Made by a program: the position numbers and the translations under genes. From a virus (taxonomy: Duplodnaviria; Caudoviricetes): 62,419 bases of DNA. The notes beneath the pieces are model-generated. The model had not been told where the DNA came from, ran no database searches, and saw nothing but the letters and a program-made list of their open reading frames with translations. Of this stretch, positions 48,244-56,601 are shown in pieces. Within the stretch, counting starts at the first letter, position 1. Every line of letters begins with the position of its first letter. The stretch covers positions 1-62,419 of IMG/VR virus record IMGVR_UViG_3300032285_003500; one strand, 5' to 3'.

Positions 48244-48470
48244 TGAGCAAGGGAATATGGGAACTATCAGAGAACTGGGGTGTGGCCGAATTACAATTGG
48301 CGCTGTCGTCAGTGTATGACAAGAATTTGTTTGAAGAAATTATTGGCTCAATACACCCTATAGCTGATCTGGCTGCACAAGTGTTGCTGAATACACGTTA
48401 TCAGGATTATCTCTTGCATTTGGCCAAGTATGATTGGGACGTGCCAGCGGCCAATTTGGCATGGAACTAG
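48243..48470 (+). CDS. Small hypothetical protein (ends NLAWN)
   Basis: TGATG-coupled to the ligase. Confidence 0.55.
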   Translation: MSKGIWELSENWGVAELQLALSSVYDKNLFEEIIGSIHPIADLAAQVLLNTRYQDYLLHLAKYDWDVPAANLAWN

Positions 48471-48497
48471 GCTACAAAACTGACCAAGGAGCAAGCA

Positions 48498-48767
48498 GTG
48501 AGAATCCCCCTAGACTTGTTCAGTGACCAGGCCCAGGCTCAAGGGCTGAACGCAAAGATCTGGATGCCCTTTCAGGAGCACATGAGCCAATTACTGCATG
48601 ATCAGCTCAAAGCTGGTGGTGGGGATCTGGAAGATTTTGATACTGCGCTTAGGAAAAAGGTTTTGGCTGAATGGGGAGCAGAAACAGATTGGTTTGATCC
48701 AGAAAGCCCTCTCTATTTTAAAGATCAGGAAAGTCTAGTTCAATTTGTGCTGGCCTGGAGCAAATAA
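48498..48767 (+). CDS. Small F-x-L-x-W family protein
   Basis: AAGGAG SD, GTG start; ends YFKDQESLVQFVLAWSK. Confidence 0.65.
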   Translation: MRIPLDLFSDQAQAQGLNAKIWMPFQEHMSQLLHDQLKAGGGDLEDFDTALRKKVLAEWGAETDWFDPESPLYFKDQESLVQFVLAWSK

Positions 48768-48768
48768 A

Positions 48769-48999
48769 GTGGAGTGTTGGCAAGCAGGCCACCAATGGAT
48801 ATTTAGAGGTAGCACAAAAGCAGAACACGCCCGGCTGGTGCAACTCTGCAGGCAGCTGATGGGCAAGAGTCATGGTGATGTGAGCAGTTGGTGGAGTGGT
48901 CATGTGCTTAACCCAAAAACTGATAATTTTGTTCTAGTGCCAGCGGTGATAGTGCGAGATCCGAATCTGACAGCAATGTTGAGGCTGATGTGGTGCTAG
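48769..48999 (+). CDS. Small hypothetical protein (ends MLRLMWC)
   Basis: In-frame GTG after GGAG; start uncertain. Confidence 0.45.
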   Translation: MECWQAGHQWIFRGSTKAEHARLVQLCRQLMGKSHGDVSSWWSGHVLNPKTDNFVLVPAVIVRDPNLTAMLRLMWC

Positions 49000-49280
49000 C
49001 GGATTCTGCTGTGATCAGCAATAGTTTGTATAACGTGGATAATAAAATGGCACAACTGCCCTTTAAAATTACAGTGGAGAGATACTGTCCACTTGAGCTG
49101 GAGAAGATCATCAGCTGGTGCCATAAACAGTGGCCCTATACTTACGGTGCCACGTGGTATTATGGCTTGCAGTGTGAACCACTCATACGCCCGCACCTTA
49201 CTCCAACTGTGCGTTACACTCAGACTGTGTGTTTTCAAAGAGAAGAAGATGCATTGTGCTTCAGTTTGGCCTGGAGTTGA
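48990..49280 (+). CDS. Small F-x-L-x-W family protein
   Basis: WC..W..CFQREEDALCFSLAWS; start 48990 or 49047. Confidence 0.6.
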   Translation: MVLADSAVISNSLYNVDNKMAQLPFKITVERYCPLELEKIISWCHKQWPYTYGATWYYGLQCEPLIRPHLTPTVRYTQTVCFQREEDALCFSLAWS

Positions 49281-49284
49281 CCCT

Positions 49285-49599
49285 ATGACTATTATAAGAT
49301 ATGAGCACAATGAGCCAGAAATGATGCATGCAGAGTGTTCAGATCTGGTCAAATATGTGCTATCACAGTGTGTATTTGTGGAATATGCACAAATTGAAAA
49401 AATCCCATGCATGGAACAATGGTGTGAGAGCACATTTGGAGAAAAACGTCCAGGATCCATACTGGCTGAAGCCATGGAAGGCATGTTGGATTATTTTGAT
49501 GGAGATTGGAGTTCGTTTTATCATCCCCGAGAACAGGGTATCTTGTTTTGGTTTAGTTCACATGCCCGCAGGGCGCAATTCATGCTCACTTGGTTGTAG
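49285..49599 (+). CDS. Small F-x-L-x-W family protein
   Basis: MEQWCESTFG..W..FWFSSHARRAQFMLTWL. Confidence 0.65.
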   Translation: MTIIRYEHNEPEMMHAECSDLVKYVLSQCVFVEYAQIEKIPCMEQWCESTFGEKRPGSILAEAMEGMLDYFDGDWSSFYHPREQGILFWFSSHARRAQFMLTWL

Positions 49600-49650
49600 A
49601 CATAAGTCACATCCCCTGTAATATATAATCAACAATCTAGGATCACTTTT

Positions 49651-50673
49651 ATGGACCAACGCATTGGCTTTTGTTGCAAGATGCTGCCTGAACAGACCTT
49701 TACTACAAAAAAGGATGCACAGGCCTGGCTGGATCTGCACAACTGCAAAAGCACCACTGTGGCCTATCTGGACAGGCTCAATCGCACTCACGCCATTGAT
49801 AAGATTTGCAGCATTATTCAACACAACCAGCGGGCACTCAGCGCACAGTTCAAGGCTATTGGCAGCTGGCCTCAAGAACTGCGCATGGTGCGTATTGGCA
49901 GTGAAATCCTGCCTGTGCGAACCTTTGAGCGCTACAGGGATGTGTATTTGGAACCAGTTGTGCGCAAGACATTGGAGGGCTTTCATGCTGTGGGCGAATT
50001 GGCACGCAAGCATGATATCCGACTGAGCACACATCCTGGGCAATTTTCGATTATTACAAGCGATAGTGAAAATGTGGTAAATCGAGCCATTGAAGACTTG
50101 GAATATCATGCTGAAATCTTTCGGCTCATGGGCTATGACAGCAGTGACCAACGACAGGAAATCAACATCCATGGTGGTCCACAGAGAGCAGACATGGTGG
50201 AACGATTCAGGGCCAGTGTGCGCCGGCTGTCCACAGACACTCGTCAGTGGTTGAGTGTGGAAAACGATGAATACAGTCATGGACTGGATGATCTGCTGCC
50301 CCTGGCAGACACTGTCAAGATTTGTGTGGACATCAATCACCACTGGATCAAAGAGGGTGTGTATTTGCAGCCGGATGATCCACGCATGACGCGAGTGGTG
50401 GAAAGCTGGCGTGGAGCACGTCCAGAAATTCATGTGGCCTACCCACATGAACTTGTGCTGGCAGGTCATGATGTGGAAACACTGCCTGACATGGCTGTGA
50501 TGGAAAGCAAAAAGATCAAACGTGGTAAACTGCGGGCGCACAGTGATCAAAGCTGGATCCCGGCCATCAGTCGTTATGCACTCACCTTCTGGGGCCTGGC
50601 TGACTTGTGCGTGGAAGCCAAACACAAAAACCTGGCCAGTAAAAATTTGTATAATCTTACCACAAAAGTTTAA
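49651..50673 (+). CDS. uvsE: UV-damage endonuclease (UvsE/UVDE)
   Basis: RIGFCC, RLSTHPGQF, INIH, SVENDE, DINHHW, RAHSD and EAK.KNLA motifs. Confidence 0.92.
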   Translation: MDQRIGFCCKMLPEQTFTTKKDAQAWLDLHNCKSTTVAYLDRLNRTHAIDKICSIIQHNQRALSAQFKAIGSWPQELRMVRIGSEILPVRTFERYRDVYLEPVVRKTLEGFHAVGELARKHDIRLSTHPGQFSIITSDSENVVNRAIEDLEYHAEIFRLMGYDSSDQRQEINIHGGPQRADMVERFRASVRRLSTDTRQWLSVENDEYSHGLDDLLPLADTVKICVDINHHWIKEGVYLQPDDPRMTRVVESWRGARPEIHVAYPHELVLAGHDVETLPDMAVMESKKIKRGKLRAHSDQSWIPAISRYALTFWGLADLCVEAKHKNLASKNLYNLTTKV

Positions 50674-50716
50674 ATACGTCTATTATACTAGTCATCATAC
50701 AAGGAGATATCATGAG

Positions 50717-51100
50717 ATGAGTAAAAACCTACCAAGCTGGGGTAAGCATCTGGTTGTAGATGCAGCAGGAGCCACTGAGGCTATCAATGACAAGGACACT
50801 ATCGTTCGTTTCACCAAGCAACTGGTCAAGGACATTGACATGGTAGCATTTGGTGAACCCCAAGTGGAATGGTTTGCGGACCATGATCCCAACAAGGCTG
50901 GATTTACTCTAGTGCAGATGATCGAAACCAGTGCAATTGTGATTCACTTTGTGCCACGCACTTGGACCCTACACGCGGATATTTTTTCCTGTAAGGACTT
51001 TGACTGTGATACAGTAATCAATCTGTTGAAGGAATATTTCGGCGTCAAGGCTTGGAACACAAAGGTGTTTGAGCGCGAAGCCCCAGATCTTTCAGCTTGA
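50717..51100 (+). CDS. Second AdoMetDC-fold pyruvoyl decarboxylase (phage type)
   Basis: WGKHLVVD, IDMVAFGEP, QMIET/S cleavage site and DIFSCKDF motifs. Confidence 0.8.
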   Translation: MSKNLPSWGKHLVVDAAGATEAINDKDTIVRFTKQLVKDIDMVAFGEPQVEWFADHDPNKAGFTLVQMIETSAIVIHFVPRTWTLHADIFSCKDFDCDTVINLLKEYFGVKAWNTKVFEREAPDLSA

Positions 51101-51102
51101 AA

Positions 51103-51130
51103 AAAAGGGCGGTAGAGATACCGCCCTTTT
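51103..51130. terminator. Bidirectional rho-independent terminator
   Basis: AAAAGGGCGGTA-gaga-TACCGCCCTTTT between convergent units. Confidence 0.85.
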
Positions 51131-51137
51131 CTTTTGA

Positions 51138-51413
51138 CTAGATTTCCTGGATTGACAGCACCAGATCATCACATCCACGGATAATGCGATGATATACTCC
51201 TGCTGGCACACACCAGCTATCGCCGGGCTGGATCATCTGGGGCATTTGGTTGTCCAACTGGAACTGCCAGCCGTCCCCTTGCACTACGGTGATCTTTCTT
51301 GTAGCATAGTCCCTGTGCCACACCAGTTCAGATTCCTGCACATCTAATGGGAAAGTGCGCTCAAATGACTTGGGGGCAGTGGGGTGATCCTGGTAGGGAA
51401 CAACCTCTACCAT
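51138..51413 (-). CDS. Small cupin-like phage protein
   Basis: ELVWHRD..W.FQLDN..P..YHRIIRG; starts in the ATGGTAG overlap. Confidence 0.75.
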   Translation of the reverse strand: MVEVVPYQDHPTAPKSFERTFPLDVQESELVWHRDYATRKITVVQGDGWQFQLDNQMPQMIQPGDSWCVPAGVYHRIIRGCDDLVLSIQEI

Positions 51414-52024
51414 TCTGCATTTCCTTCAAATCCAGCTTCATTTAGTTCGCTGGCACACTTGAGTATGTCACCTGGGTTGGTGGTGCCCTCATACTTCCTT
51501 AATATGATTAGGCATTGGGTTTGTAGTTGATAGCTATATTCATTGTTCACAAACATGTGTATGGTTTTTATAGGCAGCAGGCTCAACATGGCCAAGTGGG
51601 GGCTCCAAGTCACTCCCACCTTTTCTAAATTATCCGGCAAACCTTTTAAACTTTGCAATGGATTGTCCTGCACCCACAGTTGTTGCGCCTGGGGAGCATA
51701 CTCCAGTGATGTGAGTTTACAGCCCCTGGCATAAACTTCCGCTTTGACCACAGCCGGTCCACCAGCAAAGGTGGTGATGGGATTGCTCCTGCACACAAAC
51801 ATACCGCCCACTGTGCGTGGGCACCCTTTCAAAGTCTTGAGGCCTGAGTTGAGTAGGTTGAAGTCTTGGGTGACTGTGCCAAATTGCACAGGAAGTCGAG
51901 CCTTCTTGTGCATGAGTGTCACATTGCCATTCACATTCACCACGCCTGTGTCCTCTATATCAAAATCGCCTTCAATATAAAAATCCTTTTTGAGTGCTGT
52001 TTTGATCATATCTTTGTCTACCAT
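51407..52024 (-). CDS. LRR-array paralog 9 (4 modules)
   Basis: MVD start, LPVQFG, L.SL.G.P repeats, conserved CASELNEAGFEGNAEW tail. Confidence 0.85.
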   Translation of the reverse strand: MVDKDMIKTALKKDFYIEGDFDIEDTGVVNVNGNVTLMHKKARLPVQFGTVTQDFNLLNSGLKTLKGCPRTVGGMFVCRSNPITTFAGGPAVVKAEVYARGCKLTSLEYAPQAQQLWVQDNPLQSLKGLPDNLEKVGVTWSPHLAMLSLLPIKTIHMFVNNEYSYQLQTQCLIILRKYEGTTNPGDILKCASELNEAGFEGNAEW

Positions 52025-52590
52025 TCTGCATTCCCCTCAAATCCCGCTTCATTCAGTTCACTGGCGCAACGTAGTATGTCACCTGGGTTGTTGGTGCCCA
52101 TATATGGCTGCATGATTTTCCAAGCCTTTTCTCCAGCAAAAGTGCCACCATATTTTACTGGATAAGCGAACTTGACGTTTTTGTAGGTTAGTAATCTCAA
52201 CATGGGCAGATGGGGATTCCACATGAGGAAATAAAAACTAGCACCCTGGGGCAGATGTTCCAGTGATTTGAGCTCCGGTGACCTGACTCCAAAAGTTCCC
52301 CGCACAGTGTGGGGAGCACCTTCCAAGCTTTCCAATATTTCGGCTTTGACCAAAAAATCTCCGCCCACATACTGGGGACTACCCACCAAGCTGGTGAGTG
52401 TGGGTTGCTTGCCCAAGTGAAATCCGCGACTGACTTCCAGGAAGGACACTGGCAGCCGGCTAAAGATGTTGATAGCCTCAGCCATGCCCTTGACACTCAC
52501 CAGTCCCTGGTCATTTATTGTGACCTGCTCCATGGTGAGTGTGACGAAATTGGCTTTGAGAGCTGCAAAAATCTTTTCTTTGTCTACCAT
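52018..52590 (-). CDS. LRR-array paralog 8 (3 modules)
   Basis: Same architecture and tail. Confidence 0.85.
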   Translation of the reverse strand: MVDKEKIFAALKANFVTLTMEQVTINDQGLVSVKGMAEAINIFSRLPVSFLEVSRGFHLGKQPTLTSLVGSPQYVGGDFLVKAEILESLEGAPHTVRGTFGVRSPELKSLEHLPQGASFYFLMWNPHLPMLRLLTYKNVKFAYPVKYGGTFAGEKAWKIMQPYMGTNNPGDILRCASELNEAGFEGNAEW

Positions 52591-53210
52591 TCTGCATTCC
52601 CTTCCAATCCGTGTTCGTTGAGCTCACTGGCACATCTTAGTATGTCAGCTGGATTGGTTGTGCCTGCATACTTTTCCAGAATACGCTTGCAATCCCTAAT
52701 CTTCTCCATGGGCTGGGAGGACATGGGGTATGCACTGAGTATGTCAATTTCCTGTGCTGTAAGAGTGCGCAGCAAAGGCAAATGTGGATCATAACTCACA
52801 GTCACCAGCTGCAAGCGTTTGGGAAGTCCTTCCAGGCTGGTCAAGGGATTATTAGCTAGGTATAGGTGCTTGGTTTTGGGGCACCCCTTCAAGTTGGTTA
52901 TTTGGCTGTGGTTGATCATGACTAGACCGCCCACTCGTTGGGGAGCCCCAGTCAAATCTTTGATAGGGTTGTGCGTGCTGGTGAATGCGTTGCCCACATA
53001 TGTGGGGCACCCTTCCAGTGTGGTCAACAAGCCAGTTTCCAGTTTAAAATTGTTGCTCACTCTGCCAAATTTCACAGGCAACTCTGTTATACCGGAAGTG
53101 AGCTCAATGCTGCCTTCACAGCTGACAACACCATCATCATCCACCCTGAGCTCACCAGCATACCAAAACCAACGGCGCACTTCCAGGAGGATTTTCATTT
53201 TGTCTACCAT
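52584..53210 (-). CDS. LRR-array paralog 7 (4 modules)
   Basis: Same architecture; closest to paralog 1. Confidence 0.85.
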   Translation of the reverse strand: MVDKMKILLEVRRWFWYAGELRVDDDGVVSCEGSIELTSGITELPVKFGRVSNNFKLETGLLTTLEGCPTYVGNAFTSTHNPIKDLTGAPQRVGGLVMINHSQITNLKGCPKTKHLYLANNPLTSLEGLPKRLQLVTVSYDPHLPLLRTLTAQEIDILSAYPMSSQPMEKIRDCKRILEKYAGTTNPADILRCASELNEHGLEGNAEW

Positions 53211-53959
53211 TCTGCATTTCCTTCAAATCCTGCTTCGTTTAGTTCACTGGCACAACGAAGTATGTCAGCTGGATTTTGTGTGCCCTTGTATTTGTTGAGT
53301 ATTGTCCATACCGGTTTGGGAGCAGCCATCATGTCCAATTTTTTAGCCTGCAAGGTAATCAGTCGCAATAAAGGCAAATCCTTTTTATAATCGCACTCAA
53401 ATAAATGTCCCACCCTTTCTGGTGCGCCCTCAAAACTTTTAAGTGGGTTGAGCCGACAGTTGTATCTGTCCATGACCTGAGCAGGACCTCCCTCCAAACT
53501 GGTGAGCTTATTACTAGCACAAATGAAGCTGCCTCCCACCCACCTGGGAGCACCTTGCAAGCTTGTTAACTGATTATTGTCGCAGGCAAACCAGTCACCC
53601 ACTTTTTCAGGAGCGCCCTTCAAGCTGGTGAGCTGGTTGGCCATACAGCTGAATCCCCCATGCACTACACGGGGCGCACCCACAAGATCCTTGAGCAGGT
53701 TACCAAAGCAAAAAAAGTCACCATGTATGGTGTGAGGTGAACCTTTGAGACTGGTCACACCTTTTTCGTAACAGGCAAAATCGCCCTGGACTGTGCCAAA
53801 CTGCACATGGAATTGGCCTTGGCTGGCTTCCGCCCCCTTGAATGTCACATTACCCACCACATCCACTTCCCCGTTTTGGGGATTCACCTCAAAGGTGCCC
53901 TTGTTGCTGATTTTAAAATGCTTTCTTACCAATCTGCTGATTTGTTTTACATCTACCAT
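53204..53959 (-). CDS. LRR-array paralog 6 (6 modules)
   Basis: Six 21-aa LTSLxGAPxxVxGxFxCxxNx modules. Confidence 0.85.
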   Translation of the reverse strand: MVDVKQISRLVRKHFKISNKGTFEVNPQNGEVDVVGNVTFKGAEASQGQFHVQFGTVQGDFACYEKGVTSLKGSPHTIHGDFFCFGNLLKDLVGAPRVVHGGFSCMANQLTSLKGAPEKVGDWFACDNNQLTSLQGAPRWVGGSFICASNKLTSLEGGPAQVMDRYNCRLNPLKSFEGAPERVGHLFECDYKKDLPLLRLITLQAKKLDMMAAPKPVWTILNKYKGTQNPADILRCASELNEAGFEGNAEW

Positions 53960-54570
53960 TCTGCATTTCCTTCAAATCCTGCTTCGTTTAGATCGCTGGC
54001 ACACTTGAGTATGTCAGCTGGATTTTTGGTTCCTGCATATTTTCTGATTATATCAGTGACCGAGTCAGGTGCATGTCCAATCCAGGGATGCGGATAAGTG
54101 ATCAATCTTAGCACAGGTAGCTGTGGATTCCAAGTACACCAAAATTCATCCCCCACATGCTCAGGAGCACCCCCCAAGCTGGTGAGCGGGTTATACTCGC
54201 AGTCAAACGTGTCTCCCACATGCTTGGGTGCCCCCATCAAACTGGTGAGTTTATTATGATGACAAATAAAGTCACCACCCACGTGCTGGGGAGCTCCCTC
54301 CAAGCTGGTGAGTTCACTGTTTGAGCAGATGAAATATCCTTTCACATGATGCGGTGCGCCCACCAGGCTGGTGAGAGATGAAAAAATACACCTGAAATTG
54401 CCAGATACAGTGCCAAAAGATACTGGTAGTTGTTTCACGTCGGTGTCCATTAACTGCACATCACCATGCACATTTACCTTGCCATCTGATCCAATATTGA
54501 CTTCACGATCAGGCCCACTTGTGTTGAAATATTTCCAAAACACCTTTTTGATTTGTTTTGTATCTACCAT
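53953..54570 (-). CDS. LRR-array paralog 5 (4 modules)
   Basis: Same architecture and tail. Confidence 0.85.
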   Translation of the reverse strand: MVDTKQIKKVFWKYFNTSGPDREVNIGSDGKVNVHGDVQLMDTDVKQLPVSFGTVSGNFRCIFSSLTSLVGAPHHVKGYFICSNSELTSLEGAPQHVGGDFICHHNKLTSLMGAPKHVGDTFDCEYNPLTSLGGAPEHVGDEFWCTWNPQLPVLRLITYPHPWIGHAPDSVTDIIRKYAGTKNPADILKCASDLNEAGFEGNAEW

Positions 54571-55244
54571 TCTGCATTCCCCTCAAATCCTGCTTCGTTT
54601 AGTTCACTTGCACAACGCAGTATGTCAGCTGGATTTTTGGTGCCTGCATACTTGTTTATTATGTAGTTTACCTTATATCCTCCACCCAAAAGTTGCACAT
54701 GGGGATACATGATGGTTCTCAACAACGGTAAATGTGGGTAGTATGTGCATATGAATTCCTGACCCACTTGCTCAGGTGCCCCTTCCAAACTGGTGAGATT
54801 TGGGCAATTCCTCCAGGAAAAAATCCCTCCCACATAAGTGGGGGAACCCTCCAAGCTGGTGAGTAATTCACCTCCGTCACCACCACCATAAAAACTGCCA
54901 CCCACATGAGCAGGAGCACCCAGCAAGCTCTCAAGTTTATTACCGCCGCATGAAAAATTATCACCCACATAATCAGGGGCGCCTTGCAAAGTGGTTAGTG
55001 CGTTTAACCAACAGGTAAAGCCTCCTCCCACACGACGGGGCGACCCTATCAAGGTGGTCAAAGATCTCTCATGGCACGAAAAAGCATCTGACACATCACC
55101 AAATTGCACAGGTAACTGTTTGACCTTCTTCTTTAGGAAGACTTGCCCCTTAACATCCACCACGCCATCAGGGTGTATGATCACATCACCCAGTATAGTA
55201 AAGTACTTCTGTAGTCTGGCCTTGATTTCTTCCACATCTACCAT
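54564..55244 (-). CDS. LRR-array paralog 4 (5 modules)
   Basis: Same architecture and tail. Confidence 0.85.
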   Translation of the reverse strand: MVDVEEIKARLQKYFTILGDVIIHPDGVVDVKGQVFLKKKVKQLPVQFGDVSDAFSCHERSLTTLIGSPRRVGGGFTCWLNALTTLQGAPDYVGDNFSCGGNKLESLLGAPAHVGGSFYGGGDGGELLTSLEGSPTYVGGIFSWRNCPNLTSLEGAPEQVGQEFICTYYPHLPLLRTIMYPHVQLLGGGYKVNYIINKYAGTKNPADILRCASELNEAGFEGNAEW

Positions 55245-55906
55245 TGTGCATTTCCTTCAAATCCAGCTTCGTTTAGTTCACTGGCGCAACGTAAAATATC
55301 AGCTGGATTTTTGGTGCCTTCATATTTGCTGATTATATCAGACACTGAGCCAGGTGCATCTCTAATCCAGAGATCCTGATAAGTGATCAATCTTAGCACA
55401 GGTAGCTGTGGATTCCAAGTACACCAAAATTCATCCCCCACATACTCAGGTGCACCCTGCAAGCTGGTGAGGTTATTGTGTTGGCAAATAAAATCAGCCC
55501 CCACATGACGAGGTGCGCCTTGCAAGCTGGTGAGCAAATTATTGCCGCAATTAAAATCACCCTCCACATGATCTGGTGCGCCCTTCAAACTGGTGAGCTT
55601 ATTGTTGTAGCAATAAAAACTACCCTCCACGTGAACAGGTGCGCCCTGCAAACTGGTGAGCTTATTTGCGTAGCACTGAAAACTACCCTCCACGTGAACA
55701 GGTGCACCCTGCAAACTGGTGAGCAAATTATGGCTGCAATTAAAATGACCCTCCACATGACCAAATTGCACTGGTAACTGTTTAATCTGACGCTTTAATT
55801 CCACGTCACCTTGCACATCCACCACACCATCAGGGCGTCTGGTCACCTGCCCGCTGATTTTGAAGTATTGCTTGAGTACCTTTTTTATTTGGTTAGCATC
55901 TACCAT
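55238..55906 (-). CDS. LRR-array paralog 3 (5 modules)
   Basis: Same architecture; near-identical 63-bp-period internal repeat. Confidence 0.85.
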   Translation of the reverse strand: MVDANQIKKVLKQYFKISGQVTRRPDGVVDVQGDVELKRQIKQLPVQFGHVEGHFNCSHNLLTSLQGAPVHVEGSFQCYANKLTSLQGAPVHVEGSFYCYNNKLTSLKGAPDHVEGDFNCGNNLLTSLQGAPRHVGADFICQHNNLTSLQGAPEYVGDEFWCTWNPQLPVLRLITYQDLWIRDAPGSVSDIISKYEGTKNPADILRCASELNEAGFEGNAQW

Positions 55907-56601
55907 TGTGCATTCCCCTCAAATCCAGCTTCATTCAGTTCACTGGCACAACGTAAAATATCACCTGGATTTTTGGTGCCCACATAGGGTGCGAATATTT
56001 TTCCGAACTTGCGTATAGTAATAATGGACACAGACGGCCCACCCTTGGCCACACCCATCACAGTCACTCTCCTAGCTTGCAAGGCGGGCAAAAATCCCAA
56101 TTGGGGATCATAGGATAGTTGTATCCAATCAATGTTCTCTGGTATATCTGCCAGACTCTCCAAGGGATTTTCATATACTGTCAATTGAACGTTGTCAGGA
56201 CAATGCTTCAAGTTCTTGAGTTGACAGTCTCTGGCCACCAGTTTACTGCCGATTTGAACACTCACATGTTCCAAACTTGTGATGGGATTTTTATAGCAAA
56301 TATAGTCCTTGCCCACTTGACGCGGCCCTCCTGCCAGTGATGTGACACCACTCCAGCTACAGTCAAATTCACCACCCACAATTTCAGGACAACCTTCCAG
56401 GCTGGATAATTTTGTGGCAATCCTAAAGTCACCTTTCACATGTTTGAATTTTATGGGCAATTGGGGTTCACTACCCCAATACTCCAGGTTACCATCATAG
56501 CTGACCACACCCTGGCTATCAATGCTATAGTCAGCGTTGGGTGTTCTGAATCCTGAGAATTCTTTGTACAACGTCTGCAGAATACGATCTTTGTCTACCA
56601 T
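55900..56601 (-). CDS. LRR-array paralog 2 (5 modules)
   Basis: Same architecture and tail. Confidence 0.85.
   Translation of the reverse strand: MVDKDRILQTLYKEFSGFRTPNADYSIDSQGVVSYDGNLEYWGSEPQLPIKFKHVKGDFRIATKLSSLEGCPEIVGGEFDCSWSGVTSLAGGPRQVGKDYICYKNPITSLEHVSVQIGSKLVARDCQLKNLKHCPDNVQLTVYENPLESLADIPENIDWIQLSYDPQLGFLPALQARRVTVMGVAKGGPSVSIITIRKFGKIFAPYVGTKNPGDILRCASELNEAGFEGNAQW

Noticed and set aside
55560-55760. Diversity-generating retroelement (template/variable repeat pair)
   Set aside because: Differences between modules (e.g. CAG versus TAT) are not adenine-specific, and there is no reverse transcriptase in the window.
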